Positions 9,733 to 22,178 of a stretch of 64,000 nucleotides of DNA are shown one piece after another. Below the pieces are notes generated by a model. The model was not told the DNA's origin, ran no database searches, and saw only the letters and a list, made by a program, of their open reading frames with translations. This DNA comes from Acidimicrobiia bacterium. GTDB lineage: Bacteria; Actinomycetota; Acidimicrobiia; UBA2766. The position numbers and the translations under genes were made by a program. The first letter of the stretch is position 1; every line of letters starts with the position of its first letter. The stretch lies in the NCBI GenBank assembly GCA_020850945.1, contig JADZDR010000022.1, positions 82,421-146,420 on the forward strand. The letters are read 5' to 3'.

Positions 9733-11100
9733 TCAGGGGATCGGGAAGGGCTCGAAACCCGGTGCGGTCACCGGCCACTCGAGCGCACGCTCGAGTGCGG
9801 CGGCGAGACCGAGCGCCAGTGCATCCCGATACCGGGGGGCGACGATCTGCAGGCCGAGCGGGACGCCATTCGGTCCCAGCCCCATGGGCACCGACACTGC
9901 CGGATGGCCCGTGTAGTTGAGCTCCATCGTGTTCAGGGAATCGAGCGGGCTGCACGCAACACCGCCGATCTCGGCGGGAAGCGGCCCTTCCGCCGGCCAG
10001 TCGACGCCATTCACCGTCGGGACGAGCAGGACTGCGTCCTCCCCGAGGGCGACGTCGAGCTGACGGGCGGCGGTATACCTGTTGCGCTGGGCCGCGATGT
10101 AGTCGACGAGCTGGATGTGGCGCCCGAACTCGACCATGATGCGCAGCCCGATATCGAGATCGTCCTCGCGCCCCGCCGCGAAACCGAGGCGCTGTGCCAT
10201 CTCGGCCGCGGCCATGAAGAGCCAGCCGTTCGCCGGCGTCGGATCCGTGTCGAACACGGTCCCGGCCTTCTCGACAGGGATCGCGAGGGTGTCTGTGACC
10301 ACCGCCAGCATGCGGTCGAAAGCCGCCTCGACCTCGGGCGCGACGACAGCCTTGAAGGAGGGGACGGCGAGTACACGCGTGGGGAGAGCGAGCTCGAGCG
10401 AGACGGCGGCCGGCGCGAGGGCGTCGATATCACCGGGGAAGGGCCCGAAGATCACGGCGGCCTCGGCGACGACGTCGGCAACACGTGCCTGCATCACGCC
10501 GTTCATGGAGAACGTCGGCCACGTGGGCACAGCGGCGCGTCCCACGGCACCGAAGGTCGGCTTGTAGCCGACGAGCCCGGTCGTGGACGCAGGACCACGC
10601 ACCGAGCCACCGCCGTCAGAGCTGGTCGCGAGGGGGACCATGCCCGAGCTGAGCGCCGCCGACGAACCTCCGCTCGAACCGCCGGGCGCCTTCTCCGGAT
10701 TCCAGGGGTTGCGGGTCGTCCCGTAGACCCGGTTCGTCGTGAAACCCGTCCATGCGTACTCGGGCGTGTTCGTCTTGCCCACGATCACGGCACCGGCGTC
10801 GACGAGACGTTGGGTCATCGGCCCGTGCTCAGGGGCGGGCGGGTCCTCGGCGTGGAGGAGCGATCCATACGTTGTCACCATGCCCGCGACGTGCTCGAGG
10901 TCCTTGATCAGGATCGGCACGCCGGCGAGGGGTCCCTGCAGGTCGTGGTGCGTCGCTTCTTCGAGAGCGGCCTCCGCCCTGAGGTCGACGACGGCGTTCA
11001 GTGACGGATTGATCGCCTCGATGCGCGCGAGCGCCGTCTCGACGAGCTCGACGGGTGCGACCCTCCGGCTCCTCACAGCCTCAGCAAGTTCGTCCAGCAC
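9733..11100 (-). CDS. Amidase (amidase-signature family).
   Basis: Contains GGSSGGSSAALSSGMVPLATSSDGGGSVRGPAS, the AS-family GGSSGG and Ser-cisSer-Lys region. I moved the start from the track's 11247 to the in-frame GTG at 11098-11100 (MLDELAEAVRSRRVAPVEL...), which follows ggggagg, a ribosome-binding site. This avoids overlap with xthA. Confidence 0.85.
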   Translation of the reverse strand: MLDELAEAVRSRRVAPVELVETALARIEAINPSLNAVVDLRAEAALEEATHHDLQGPLAGVPILIKDLEHVAGMVTTYGSLLHAEDPPAPEHGPMTQRLVDAGAVIVGKTNTPEYAWTGFTTNRVYGTTRNPWNPEKAPGGSSGGSSAALSSGMVPLATSSDGGGSVRGPASTTGLVGYKPTFGAVGRAAVPTWPTFSMNGVMQARVADVVAEAAVIFGPFPGDIDALAPAAVSLELALPTRVLAVPSFKAVVAPEVEAAFDRMLAVVTDTLAIPVEKAGTVFDTDPTPANGWLFMAAAEMAQRLGFAAGREDDLDIGLRIMVEFGRHIQLVDYIAAQRNRYTAARQLDVALGEDAVLLVPTVNGVDWPAEGPLPAEIGGVACSPLDSLNTMELNYTGHPAVSVPMGLGPNGVPLGLQIVAPRYRDALALGLAAALERALEWPVTAPGFEPFPIP

Positions 11101-11212
11101 TCTCGCCTCCCCGAGCCGTACCCCCCGGACAACCAGAACCCTCAACGTGAGCGGATCCAGGTACCGTGACGGTAGCTGGATTCGCCCGCGAGGGCCGAGT
11201 AGAAGAGCACGC

Positions 11213-11986
11213 ATGCGAATCGTCACGTGGAACGTGAACTCCCTCAAAGCCCGCCTCGACTACGTCCTCGACTTCCTGCGGACGCGCCAACCCGACGTCC
11301 TCTGCCTGCAGGAGCTCAAGCTCCCTGACGCCGAGTTCCCGGCCATGGCCTTCGAGGCCGAGGGCTACTCCGCCGTTGTCCACGGCCAGAAGTCCTGGAA
11401 CGGTGTAGCCGTCGTCGCCCGGTCACCGCTCACCGCCGTCAGACACGGCCTCCCCGGAGCGGAGTCCGACGGCGCGCGTCTCGTGACGGCCGACGTGGAC
11501 GGCCTCTCCGTCACGAGCGTCTACGTTCCCAACGGCAAGTCCGTCGATCACGCGGACTACCGCATGAAGCTCGCCTGGCTCGACCTCCTCGGCACTTACG
11601 TCGAAGAGGTCACCCGCGGGGATCGACCCGTGGTCGTCGCCGGCGACTTCAACCTCTGCCCGGCGGACATCGACAGCTACGACCCCGACTCGTTCGCGGG
11701 GACGATCTTCCACACCGCCGAGGAGCGCGCCGACTACGACCGACTCCTCGCCGCCGGGCTCGTCGACGTGTACCGGCACCTCGAACCCGCCGAACCCGGC
11801 TACTCGTGGTGGGACTACAGAGCGGGCCGGTTCCACAAGGGCGAGGGACTGCGCATCGACCTCCTCTTCGCGTCACCCGACGTCGCCACCCGCGTTCGCG
11901 ACGCGCATGTCGACCGCGATTTCCGCAAGAAGCGTGACGGGATCACACCGTCCGATCATGCTCCGGTCGTGTTCGACCTCGACTGA
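11213..11986 (+). CDS. xthA: Exodeoxyribonuclease III.
   Basis: Translation: MRIVTWNVNSLKARLDYVLDFLRTRQPDVLCLQELK...VAGDFNLCPADIDSY...ITPSDHAPVVFDLD. These are endonuclease/exonuclease/phosphatase fold motifs. The track ORF 10739.. is an upstream shadow extension. M159 gives the start at 11213. Confidence 0.9.
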   Translation: MRIVTWNVNSLKARLDYVLDFLRTRQPDVLCLQELKLPDAEFPAMAFEAEGYSAVVHGQKSWNGVAVVARSPLTAVRHGLPGAESDGARLVTADVDGLSVTSVYVPNGKSVDHADYRMKLAWLDLLGTYVEEVTRGDRPVVVAGDFNLCPADIDSYDPDSFAGTIFHTAEERADYDRLLAAGLVDVYRHLEPAEPGYSWWDYRAGRFHKGEGLRIDLLFASPDVATRVRDAHVDRDFRKKRDGITPSDHAPVVFDLD

Positions 11987-12061
11987 GGGCAGACCCCACC
12001 CCCCTACCGGTCCGTCCGGTGGCGATAGGATCCGGGCACGGTCTCCTCGCGGGAGCTCACG

Positions 12062-15000
12062 ATGAAGGACACAACGGATCCGCAGCACGACTTGGTCGAG
12101 GAGATCGTCTCGGGCCTGCCGGACGCATCCTTCGGCCCGAACCGCTGGGTCCTGGAGGAGATGTACCGGGAATACGCGCGTGACGCCTCGTCGGTGTCGG
12201 AAACCTGGCGGGAGTTCTTCCACGACTACGAGCCGGTCCTCCAGGTGCCTGCGGCGCCGGCACCTGCTCCGGCGACGACCCCCGCACCGGCTCCCGCGCG
12301 GCCGGCGGCACCCGAGGTCACGCCGCAAACGGAAGATGCCGTGGCGCTCCGCGGGGCGGCCGCCCGCATCGTCGAGAACATGGAGCGTTCCCTGGCCGTG
12401 CCCACGGCTACGAGCGTGCGCACGATTCCCGCCAAGGTCCTCGAGGAGAACCGGCGCCTCATCAACGAACGCCTGCGCGGGCACCGCGGAGGCAAGGTCA
12501 GCTTCACTCACCTGATCGGCTTCGCCGTCGTGCAGGCCGTGCGCGAGGTCCCCGTGATGAACGCGGCGTTCGTCGACCTCGACGGCAAACCGGCCGTACG
12601 CCGCGACACGCAGGTGAACCTCGGCCTGGCCGTCGACGTGAAGAAGCGAGACGGATCGCGATCGCTCCTCGTACCCAACATCAAGGACGCGGCGAACCTC
12701 GACTTCGCCGCCTTCCACGCCGCCTACGAGGATCTGATCCGCAAGGTCGGCGAGAACGCGCTCGGACCCGACGACTTCGCCGGCACATCGATCTCGCTCA
12801 CCAACCCGGGGATGATCGGGACCGTGTCGTCGGTCCCGCGCCTCATGCCGGGACAGGGTGCGATCGTCGGGGTCGGATCGCTCGCCTGGCCGGCCGGGTT
12901 CGCCGGCGCCGACGAAGACACCCTCGCCCGACTCGGCTTGAGCAAGATCATGACTCTCACGTCGACCTACGACCACCGCATCATCCAGGGCGCCGAGTCC
13001 GGCGAGTTCCTACGGCGGTGCGAACAGCTCCTCCTCGGTGAGCACGACTTCTACGACACCGTCTTCGCGAGCCTCGGCATGCGTTTCGAGCCGGTGCGCT
13101 GGAGCCACGACCGCAGCCCGGAGCGGCGCGGGGAGGCTGCGGTCGACGCCGCCATGGAGAAGGCGGCACAGGTCCTGCAGCTCGTCAACATGTGGCGCGT
13201 GCGGGGCCACCTCGTCGCCGCCGTGGACCCGCTCGGCACGAAGCAGCTCCGTCACGTCGAGCTCGACCCCGCCTACTACGGCCTGACCGTTTGGGACCTC
13301 GACCGCCGCTTCCCGACCGGTGGGCTCGCCGGCACCCACTCGCTGGCACTCCGCGAGATCATCGAGGTCCTGCGGGAGGCTTACGGACGGACCGTGGGTG
13401 TCGAGTACATGCACATCCAGGACCCGGCCGAGAAACACTGGATCCAGGATCGTGTCGAGGGCGCAGACCCGATCCTGCCGACTCCGGACCAGCAGCGCAT
13501 CCTCGCCAAGCTCAACGCCGCCGAGGCGTTCGAGGGATTCCTCCAGACCAAGTTCGTGGGCCACAAGCGCTTCGGTATCGAAGGTGCCGAGACCGTGATC
13601 CCCATGCTCGACGCCCTGCTGTCCGCCGCAGGTGACGACCGGATGACCGAGGTCGTGATGGGCATGACGCACCGCGGCAGACTCAACGTCCTGGCCAACG
13701 TCCTCGGCAAGAGCTACACCGACATCTTCCGCGAGTTCGAGGGCGACATAGACCCTGAGACCGTGCAGGGGTCCGGAGACGTCAAGTACCACGTGGGTGC
13801 CGAAGGCGTGCACGTCACGCCTTCGGGCCGTGAGGTGCACGTCACCCTTGCTTCCAACCCGAGCCACCTCGAAGCAGTCGACCCGGTCGTCGAGGGCATG
13901 GCCCGTGCCATGCAGTCCCGTATCGGCCCCGAAGGGCACCTGCGGGTCCTGCCGGTCCTCCTCCACGGTGACGCCGCCTTCGCGGGCCAGGGGGTCGTCG
14001 CCGAGACGCTCAACCTGAGCCAGCTCATCGGCTACAGGACCGGCGGAACCGTACATCTCGTCATCAACAACCAGATCGGCTTCACGACCGTGCCCGAGGA
14101 CGCACGTTCGAGCTTCTACGCGACGGACATAGCGAAGATGGTGCAGGCACCGATCCTCCACGTGAACGGCGACGACCCCGAGGCGGCCGTGCACGTGGTC
14201 CGCCTCGCGTTCGCGTACCGCCAGACCTTCCACAAGGACGTCGTGATCGACCTGCGCTGCTACAGGCGCTACGGACACAACGAGGCGGACGAGCCCTCCT
14301 ACACGCAGCCTCGCCTGTACGAGCAGATCAAGTCTCGCCGGTCCGTGCGCAAGCTCTACACCGAACGCCTCGTGAACAGGGGCGACCTGAGCGTGGACGA
14401 GGCCGAGGCCGCCCTCACCGAGTTCCGCCAGATGCTCCAGGCTGCGCTCGACGAGACCCGGCAGTCGCTCGAGCCGGACGTGGAGGCCAAGCCGGTCCCA
14501 CCCGCCCGTGGTGTCCTGCCCCACGTCGCGACTGGCGTGGCGAGGGACCGCCTCGACCACTACGCCGAGGTCCTGACGACGCTCCCACCGGAGTTCAGCC
14601 TCCATCCCAAGCTCGTGCGCTGGTTGGAGGATCGCCGCACGCAACTCGGGAGAGATGCCGTTGACTGGTCGTTGGGGGAGGCGCTGGCGTTCGCATCCCT
14701 GCTCGACGAGGGCCACACGATCCGCCTGTCCGGACAGGACTCACGACGCGGCACGTTCAGCCACCGCCACTCCTGTCTCGTCGACCACGAGACGGAGGAG
14801 GAGTACTGCCCGCTCACCGCTCTCGAGACGAGCGACGTGCGCATGCGCGTCTACGACAGCCTTCTCTCGGAGTATGCGGTGCTCGGCTTCGAGTTCGGCT
14901 ACTCGGTCGTGCGTCCCGACGCACTCGTCATGTGGGAAGCCCAGTTCGGCGACTTCGCGAACGGGGCCCAGATCGTGATCGACCAGTTCATCGTCGCGGC

Positions 15001-15694
15001 CGGCGAGAAGTGGCACCAGCCGAGCGGTGTCGTCCTCCTCCTGCCGCACGGGTACGAAGGTCAGGGCCCGGAGCACTCCTCGGCCCGCCTCGAACGGTTC
15101 CTCGTCCTCTGCGCCAAGGACAACATCGTCGTCGCCCAGCCGACGACATCCGCCCAGTACTTCCACCTCCTGCGCCGCCAGGTCCACGGTCCGGCCCGCC
15201 GACCGCTCGTCGTCATGACCCCCAAGTCGCTGCTGCGACTCCCGGCCGCACGGTCTGCGGCAGGAGATCTCGAGCACGGCTCGTTCGAGGAGGTCCTCGG
15301 CGACACCTTCGTGGCCGATGCGAACGCCGTCACGCGCGTCCTCATCTGCTCGGGCCGGCTCTACTACGACCTCGTCGCCGAGCGGGAACGGCTCGGCCGC
15401 ACGGATGTCGCGATCGTGCGTCTCGAGCAGCTCTACCCGTTCCCGGCGGACGCGCTCGTCAAGGAGCTGGACCGGTATCCGGCCGGTGCCGCGGTCGTCT
15501 GGGTACAGGACGAGCCCGACAACATGGGCGCGTGGACCTTCATACGCGTACGGGCGCAGCGATTCCTGGATTCGCAGCGGTACCTGCTCCGCGTCGCACG
15601 GAGTGGCTCGGGCAGCCCGGCGACCGGATCGGGGACTGTCCACGCACAGGAGGCACGCAGCCTCCTCGACGCGGCCTTCGCTCTCGACTCGTGA
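12062..15694 (+). CDS. kgd: Multifunctional 2-oxoglutarate decarboxylase/dehydrogenase E1o with fused N-terminal E2-like succinyltransferase domain, the actinobacterial Kgd/OdhA type.
   Basis: 1210 aa. It is near-collinear with mycobacterial Kgd. Matching segments: WVLEEMYREY, VPTATSVRTIPAKVLEENRRLINERL...GGKVSFTHLIGFAV (E2-like), SLTNPGMIGTVSSVPRLMPGQGAIVGVG, TSTYDHRIIQGAESGEFLR, then the TPP E1 part GMTHRGRLNVLANVLGK, LHGDAAFAGQGVVAETLNLS, SGQDSRRGTFSHRHS, WEAQFGDFANGAQ. Confidence 0.93.
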   Translation: MKDTTDPQHDLVEEIVSGLPDASFGPNRWVLEEMYREYARDASSVSETWREFFHDYEPVLQVPAAPAPAPATTPAPAPARPAAPEVTPQTEDAVALRGAAARIVENMERSLAVPTATSVRTIPAKVLEENRRLINERLRGHRGGKVSFTHLIGFAVVQAVREVPVMNAAFVDLDGKPAVRRDTQVNLGLAVDVKKRDGSRSLLVPNIKDAANLDFAAFHAAYEDLIRKVGENALGPDDFAGTSISLTNPGMIGTVSSVPRLMPGQGAIVGVGSLAWPAGFAGADEDTLARLGLSKIMTLTSTYDHRIIQGAESGEFLRRCEQLLLGEHDFYDTVFASLGMRFEPVRWSHDRSPERRGEAAVDAAMEKAAQVLQLVNMWRVRGHLVAAVDPLGTKQLRHVELDPAYYGLTVWDLDRRFPTGGLAGTHSLALREIIEVLREAYGRTVGVEYMHIQDPAEKHWIQDRVEGADPILPTPDQQRILAKLNAAEAFEGFLQTKFVGHKRFGIEGAETVIPMLDALLSAAGDDRMTEVVMGMTHRGRLNVLANVLGKSYTDIFREFEGDIDPETVQGSGDVKYHVGAEGVHVTPSGREVHVTLASNPSHLEAVDPVVEGMARAMQSRIGPEGHLRVLPVLLHGDAAFAGQGVVAETLNLSQLIGYRTGGTVHLVINNQIGFTTVPEDARSSFYATDIAKMVQAPILHVNGDDPEAAVHVVRLAFAYRQTFHKDVVIDLRCYRRYGHNEADEPSYTQPRLYEQIKSRRSVRKLYTERLVNRGDLSVDEAEAALTEFRQMLQAALDETRQSLEPDVEAKPVPPARGVLPHVATGVARDRLDHYAEVLTTLPPEFSLHPKLVRWLEDRRTQLGRDAVDWSLGEALAFASLLDEGHTIRLSGQDSRRGTFSHRHSCLVDHETEEEYCPLTALETSDVRMRVYDSLLSEYAVLGFEFGYSVVRPDALVMWEAQFGDFANGAQIVIDQFIVAAGEKWHQPSGVVLLLPHGYEGQGPEHSSARLERFLVLCAKDNIVVAQPTTSAQYFHLLRRQVHGPARRPLVVMTPKSLLRLPAARSAAGDLEHGSFEEVLGDTFVADANAVTRVLICSGRLYYDLVAERERLGRTDVAIVRLEQLYPFPADALVKELDRYPAGAAVVWVQDEPDNMGAWTFIRVRAQRFLDSQRYLLRVARSGSGSPATGSGTVHAQEARSLLDAAFALDS

Positions 15695-15738
15695 GCCCTT
15701 AGGGGCGAGGCGCACGTCCGGGTAAGCTCTGCCAACCG

Positions 15739-18333
15739 ATGCCCGACCTGCCCGCCAAACTCGACACCGCCGACATGGAGGAACGCCTCCTGCGCAGTTG
15801 GGGGGAGCTGGGGACGTACAAGTACGACCCGTCCCGCCCACGCGAGGAGACGTTCTCGATCGACACTCCCCCGCCTACGGTGTCCGGTTCCCTTCACGTC
15901 GGCCACGTGTACAGCTACACGCACACCGACCTCGTGGCCCGCTTCCAGCGCATGCGAGGCAAGAATGTCTTCTATCCCATGGGGTGGGACGACAACGGCC
16001 TCCCGACCGAACGGCGCGTGCAGAACCACTTCAACGTGCGGTGTGAGCCCACCCTCCCCTACGACCCCGACTTCAGCCCCGATGTGAAGGCGAAGCACGC
16101 CGTTCCCGTGAGCCGCCAGAACTTCATCGAGCTCTGCAACGAGCTCGTCGTGGAAGACGAGAAGGCGTTCAAGGTGCTGTGGAGCCGTCTCGGCCTCTCC
16201 GTCGACTGGGCGCAGACATATGCGACCATCGACGACCACTGCCGGCGCGTGTCACAGGCCGCATTCCTCGACCTCGTCGCGAAGGACGAGGCGTACACTT
16301 CCGAAGCACCGAGCATGTACGACATCGACTTCGCGACGGCGGTCGCGCAGGCCGAGATCGAGGACCGTGAAGTCGACGGGCTCGAGTTCCTCCTCCGCTT
16401 CGGCCTCGAGACGGGTGGCACGCTGCCGATCATGACGACCCGGCCCGAGCTCCTCGCGGCCTGTGTCGCCGTTGTCGTCCATCCGGAGGACGAGCGTTTC
16501 CGCGAGATCGTGGGTGGCACCGCCGTCACACCCGGGTTCCGGGTACACGTGCCCGTGCACGCACACGCTCTCGCCGATCCCGAGAAGGGCACCGGTGCCG
16601 TCATGGTCTGCACCTACGGTGACGTCACCGATGCCACGTGGCAGCAGGACCTCGGACTTCCCACTCGCGTGATCCTCGGACGGGACGGACGTCTCCGCCC
16701 CGTCGAGTTCGGCTCTCGCGGCTGGGAGAGCGACGACCCGAAGGCAGCGCAGACCCTCTACGACGAGATCGCCGGCAAGTATCCGAAACAGGCCAAGGCC
16801 CGCATCGCCGAGCTCCTCGCCGATGCGGAGACGGCAGTGGACGGCACGTCCTCGGCCCCGCTCGAAGGTGAGCCGAGGCCGATTCGCCAGACGGTCAAGT
16901 TCTACGAGAAGGGTGACCGTCCCCTCGAGACGATCCCGACGCGCCAGTGGTTCGTGCGACTACTCGACAAGAAGGACGACCTCCTCGCGCAGGGCGCGAA
17001 GATCTCGTGGCATCCCGACTTCATGCGTCATCGTTACGACCACTGGGTGGAGGGCCTCAAGTTCGACTGGTGCGTGAGCCGGCAGCGCTACTTCGGTGTT
17101 CCCGTCCCGGTCTGGTATCGGCTCGACGCCCGCGGGGAACCTGACTACGACGAGCCGATCCTGCCCGAAGCCGACACACTGCCCGTCGATCCGCTCACGC
17201 ATACGCCGCCGGGCTTCGACCCCGCCGAGCGGGACCGGCCGGGTGGCTTTGCCGGCGACCCGGACATCTTCGACACGTGGGTGACGTCCTCGCTCACCCC
17301 CCAGATCGCGACCGGCTGGCCGGACGATCCCGACCGTTCGGCGAGGACGTATCCGATGGACATGCGTCCCCAGGCCCACGAGATCATCCGCACGTGGGCG
17401 TTCTACACGATCACACGTGCCTGGATCCTCGACGGCACGATCCCATGGCACAACGCCGTGATCTCGGGTTGGGTCCTCGATCCGGACCGCAAGAAGATGT
17501 CGAAGTCCAAGGGGAACGTCGTCACGCCGATGGGCCTGCTCGAGCAGCACGGATCCGACGCCGTGCGCTATTGGGCGGCCCGCGCCCGCCTCGGGACGGA
17601 CACGGCGTACGACGAAGCCGTGTTCAAGATCGGGCGCCGTCTCGTCACCAAGATCTTCAACGCCGGCAAGCTCGTCGTGGGCCGTCTCGGCGAATCGGGG
17701 GCGGCGGCAGGGGATCTGCGCCTCTCGGACATCACGCATCCGCTGGACACGAGCCTGCTCGCGACGCTGCAGGAGCTCGTGGAGCGGGCGACGCGGGACT
17801 TCGAGGCCTACGAGTCGGCCGCCGTGCTCGAAGCCGTCGAAGCCTGGTTCTGGACGCACCTCACGGACAACTATCTCGAGCTCTCCAAGGAACGGGCCTA
17901 TGCGCGGGACCGCTCCGCGATCGCCACATGGTCCGTTGCGCTCTCGACGGTTCTGCGTCTGTTCGCACCGTTCCTCCCCTATATCACCGACACCGTGTGG
18001 TCCTGGTGGTTCGGCGGTGACGCCGAGACGATCCACACGGCAGCATGGCCCGGCACGGACGAGTTCGCAGAGGTCGCGACGACGCGGGCCGTCTTCGATT
18101 CTGCGGTCGAGACGATCGGCGAGATCCGCCGCGTGAAGTCGGAACGGGACCAGTCGATCCGGGTCGCGGTTCCCTGGATGCGTGTGTGCGGCCCCCCGAA
18201 CGCCATCCGCGCACTCGAGGCCGCCATCGACGACGTGCGCTTCGCCGGGGCCGTCGACGAGGTCCACTTCGAAGCCGCCGACGACGTCGAGGGGATCTCA
18301 GTCGATCTCGCCGACGCCCTGCCCTCCGCCTGA
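15739..18333 (+). CDS. valS: Valine--tRNA ligase.
   Basis: Translation: PPTVSGSLHVGHVYSYTHTDLVARFQRMRGKNVFYPMGWDDNGLPTE (HIGH region), KMSKSKGNVV. Length is 864 aa. Confidence 0.95.
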   Translation: MPDLPAKLDTADMEERLLRSWGELGTYKYDPSRPREETFSIDTPPPTVSGSLHVGHVYSYTHTDLVARFQRMRGKNVFYPMGWDDNGLPTERRVQNHFNVRCEPTLPYDPDFSPDVKAKHAVPVSRQNFIELCNELVVEDEKAFKVLWSRLGLSVDWAQTYATIDDHCRRVSQAAFLDLVAKDEAYTSEAPSMYDIDFATAVAQAEIEDREVDGLEFLLRFGLETGGTLPIMTTRPELLAACVAVVVHPEDERFREIVGGTAVTPGFRVHVPVHAHALADPEKGTGAVMVCTYGDVTDATWQQDLGLPTRVILGRDGRLRPVEFGSRGWESDDPKAAQTLYDEIAGKYPKQAKARIAELLADAETAVDGTSSAPLEGEPRPIRQTVKFYEKGDRPLETIPTRQWFVRLLDKKDDLLAQGAKISWHPDFMRHRYDHWVEGLKFDWCVSRQRYFGVPVPVWYRLDARGEPDYDEPILPEADTLPVDPLTHTPPGFDPAERDRPGGFAGDPDIFDTWVTSSLTPQIATGWPDDPDRSARTYPMDMRPQAHEIIRTWAFYTITRAWILDGTIPWHNAVISGWVLDPDRKKMSKSKGNVVTPMGLLEQHGSDAVRYWAARARLGTDTAYDEAVFKIGRRLVTKIFNAGKLVVGRLGESGAAAGDLRLSDITHPLDTSLLATLQELVERATRDFEAYESAAVLEAVEAWFWTHLTDNYLELSKERAYARDRSAIATWSVALSTVLRLFAPFLPYITDTVWSWWFGGDAETIHTAAWPGTDEFAEVATTRAVFDSAVETIGEIRRVKSERDQSIRVAVPWMRVCGPPNAIRALEAAIDDVRFAGAVDEVHFEAADDVEGISVDLADALPSA

Positions 18334-18379
18334 TCCCGGCCTCATTGCATCTATCCGGATATACGAATACAGTACTGAG

Positions 18380-20772
<2,393 letters not shown>

Positions 20773-20792
20773 CGGAGGCGTAGGCTCGCCGC

Positions 20793-22160
20793 ATGTCGGC
20801 CCCTACCTCCGATTCGGCACTCGTCGAGCTCCTGCAGCGCCTCATCCGCAACCGATGCGTCAACGACGGGAGCCCGGCGAGCGGCCACGAGGCACGCAAT
20901 GCGGCGGTCCTCGAGGAGTACCTCGACGGCTGTGGTTTCGAGTTCACGCGCTTCGAACCGGAGCCCGATCGCACCACACTCGTCGCCACACTCCGGGGAA
21001 CCGACCCCGCCGCCGCCTCGCTGTGCCTCATGGGTCACATCGACGTCGTGCCCGTGAGTGACACCGGTTGGAGCCGCGATCCGTTCGGGGCGGAGCTCGT
21101 GGACGGGGTCGTATGGGGCCGGGGGGCGCTCGACATGCTCAACCAGACCGCCGCGCAGGCAGTCGCGGCGCGCCGCCTCGTCGAATCCGGCTTTCGTCCC
21201 CTCGGGGACCTCGTCCTCCTCTTCCCCGCCGACGAGGAGGCCGGCGGAAGGCTCGGTGTGGGCTGGATCGCCACGCACGACCCCGACGTGATCACCACGA
21301 CCTGGCTCGTGACCGAAGGGGGAGGGTTCCACCTGCCCTGGCTCGGTCCGACACCGCCCCCCCGCGGAAGGCGTCCCGTCTGCGTCGCCGTCGGCGAGAA
21401 GGGGCCCATGTGGTTCGAACTGCGTGCCACCGGAACCCCCGGCCACGCGAGCATCCCGTTCCACGCCGACAACGCAACGGAGAAGCTCGCCGCGGCCGCC
21501 CTCGCCCTCGACGCGCACACGCCGGATCCCCGCTTCGACGCCACGTGGGGGACCCTCATCGATGCCCTCGGGGTCGATGCGGCGACTCGCGACGCGCTCT
21601 GTGACCCCGGTGAGCTCCTCCCAACCCTCGAGGCCCTGGCCACACGTCATCCCGTCGAAGCCGCGGTCCTGCACGCCTTGTGCCACACGACGTACAGCCT
21701 GAACGTCCTCGTGGCAGGGACGAAGATCAACGTGATCGCTGCCGAAGGGCGGGCCACCCTCGACGTGCGGACTCTGCCCGAGACATCCGTCCCGGACCTG
21801 CTCGCCGAGATCGAATCCGTACTCGGCTCGAACCAGGCCGGCGTGACGGTCGAGGAGATCGCCACCCACCCCGCCACGAGATCGACCGCCGCCGGTCCGC
21901 TCTGGGACGCGGTGGCAGCGGCCAGTCGTGATGTGCTCGGTTCCGTGGATGTCGTCCCCTGGGTGACGCCGTTCGCCACCGACGCCAGGTTCCTGCGACA
22001 GCTCGGCACGACGGCGTACGGTGCGACACTCCACGACGACTCACTCGACCTCGCGACCTGGCTCTCCCTCTTCCACGGGAACGACGAGCGTGTCTCGGTG
22101 CAGGCGCTCTCGAATGCAGCTCTCTTCTACGAGGCGCTGGCTCGTCGTCTCCTGAGCTGA
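20793..22160 (+). CDS. M20-family metallopeptidase (ArgE/DapE/dipeptidase-like).
   Basis: Translation: LCLMGHIDVVPVSDTGWSRDPFGAELVDGVVWGRGALDMLNQ...LLFPADEEAGG. These are the M20 metal-binding His/Asp/Glu motifs. Confidence 0.8.
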   Translation: MSAPTSDSALVELLQRLIRNRCVNDGSPASGHEARNAAVLEEYLDGCGFEFTRFEPEPDRTTLVATLRGTDPAAASLCLMGHIDVVPVSDTGWSRDPFGAELVDGVVWGRGALDMLNQTAAQAVAARRLVESGFRPLGDLVLLFPADEEAGGRLGVGWIATHDPDVITTTWLVTEGGGFHLPWLGPTPPPRGRRPVCVAVGEKGPMWFELRATGTPGHASIPFHADNATEKLAAAALALDAHTPDPRFDATWGTLIDALGVDAATRDALCDPGELLPTLEALATRHPVEAAVLHALCHTTYSLNVLVAGTKINVIAAEGRATLDVRTLPETSVPDLLAEIESVLGSNQAGVTVEEIATHPATRSTAAGPLWDAVAAASRDVLGSVDVVPWVTPFATDARFLRQLGTTAYGATLHDDSLDLATWLSLFHGNDERVSVQALSNAALFYEALARRLLS

Positions 22161-22178
22161 TACCGGATCGAAGGGAGC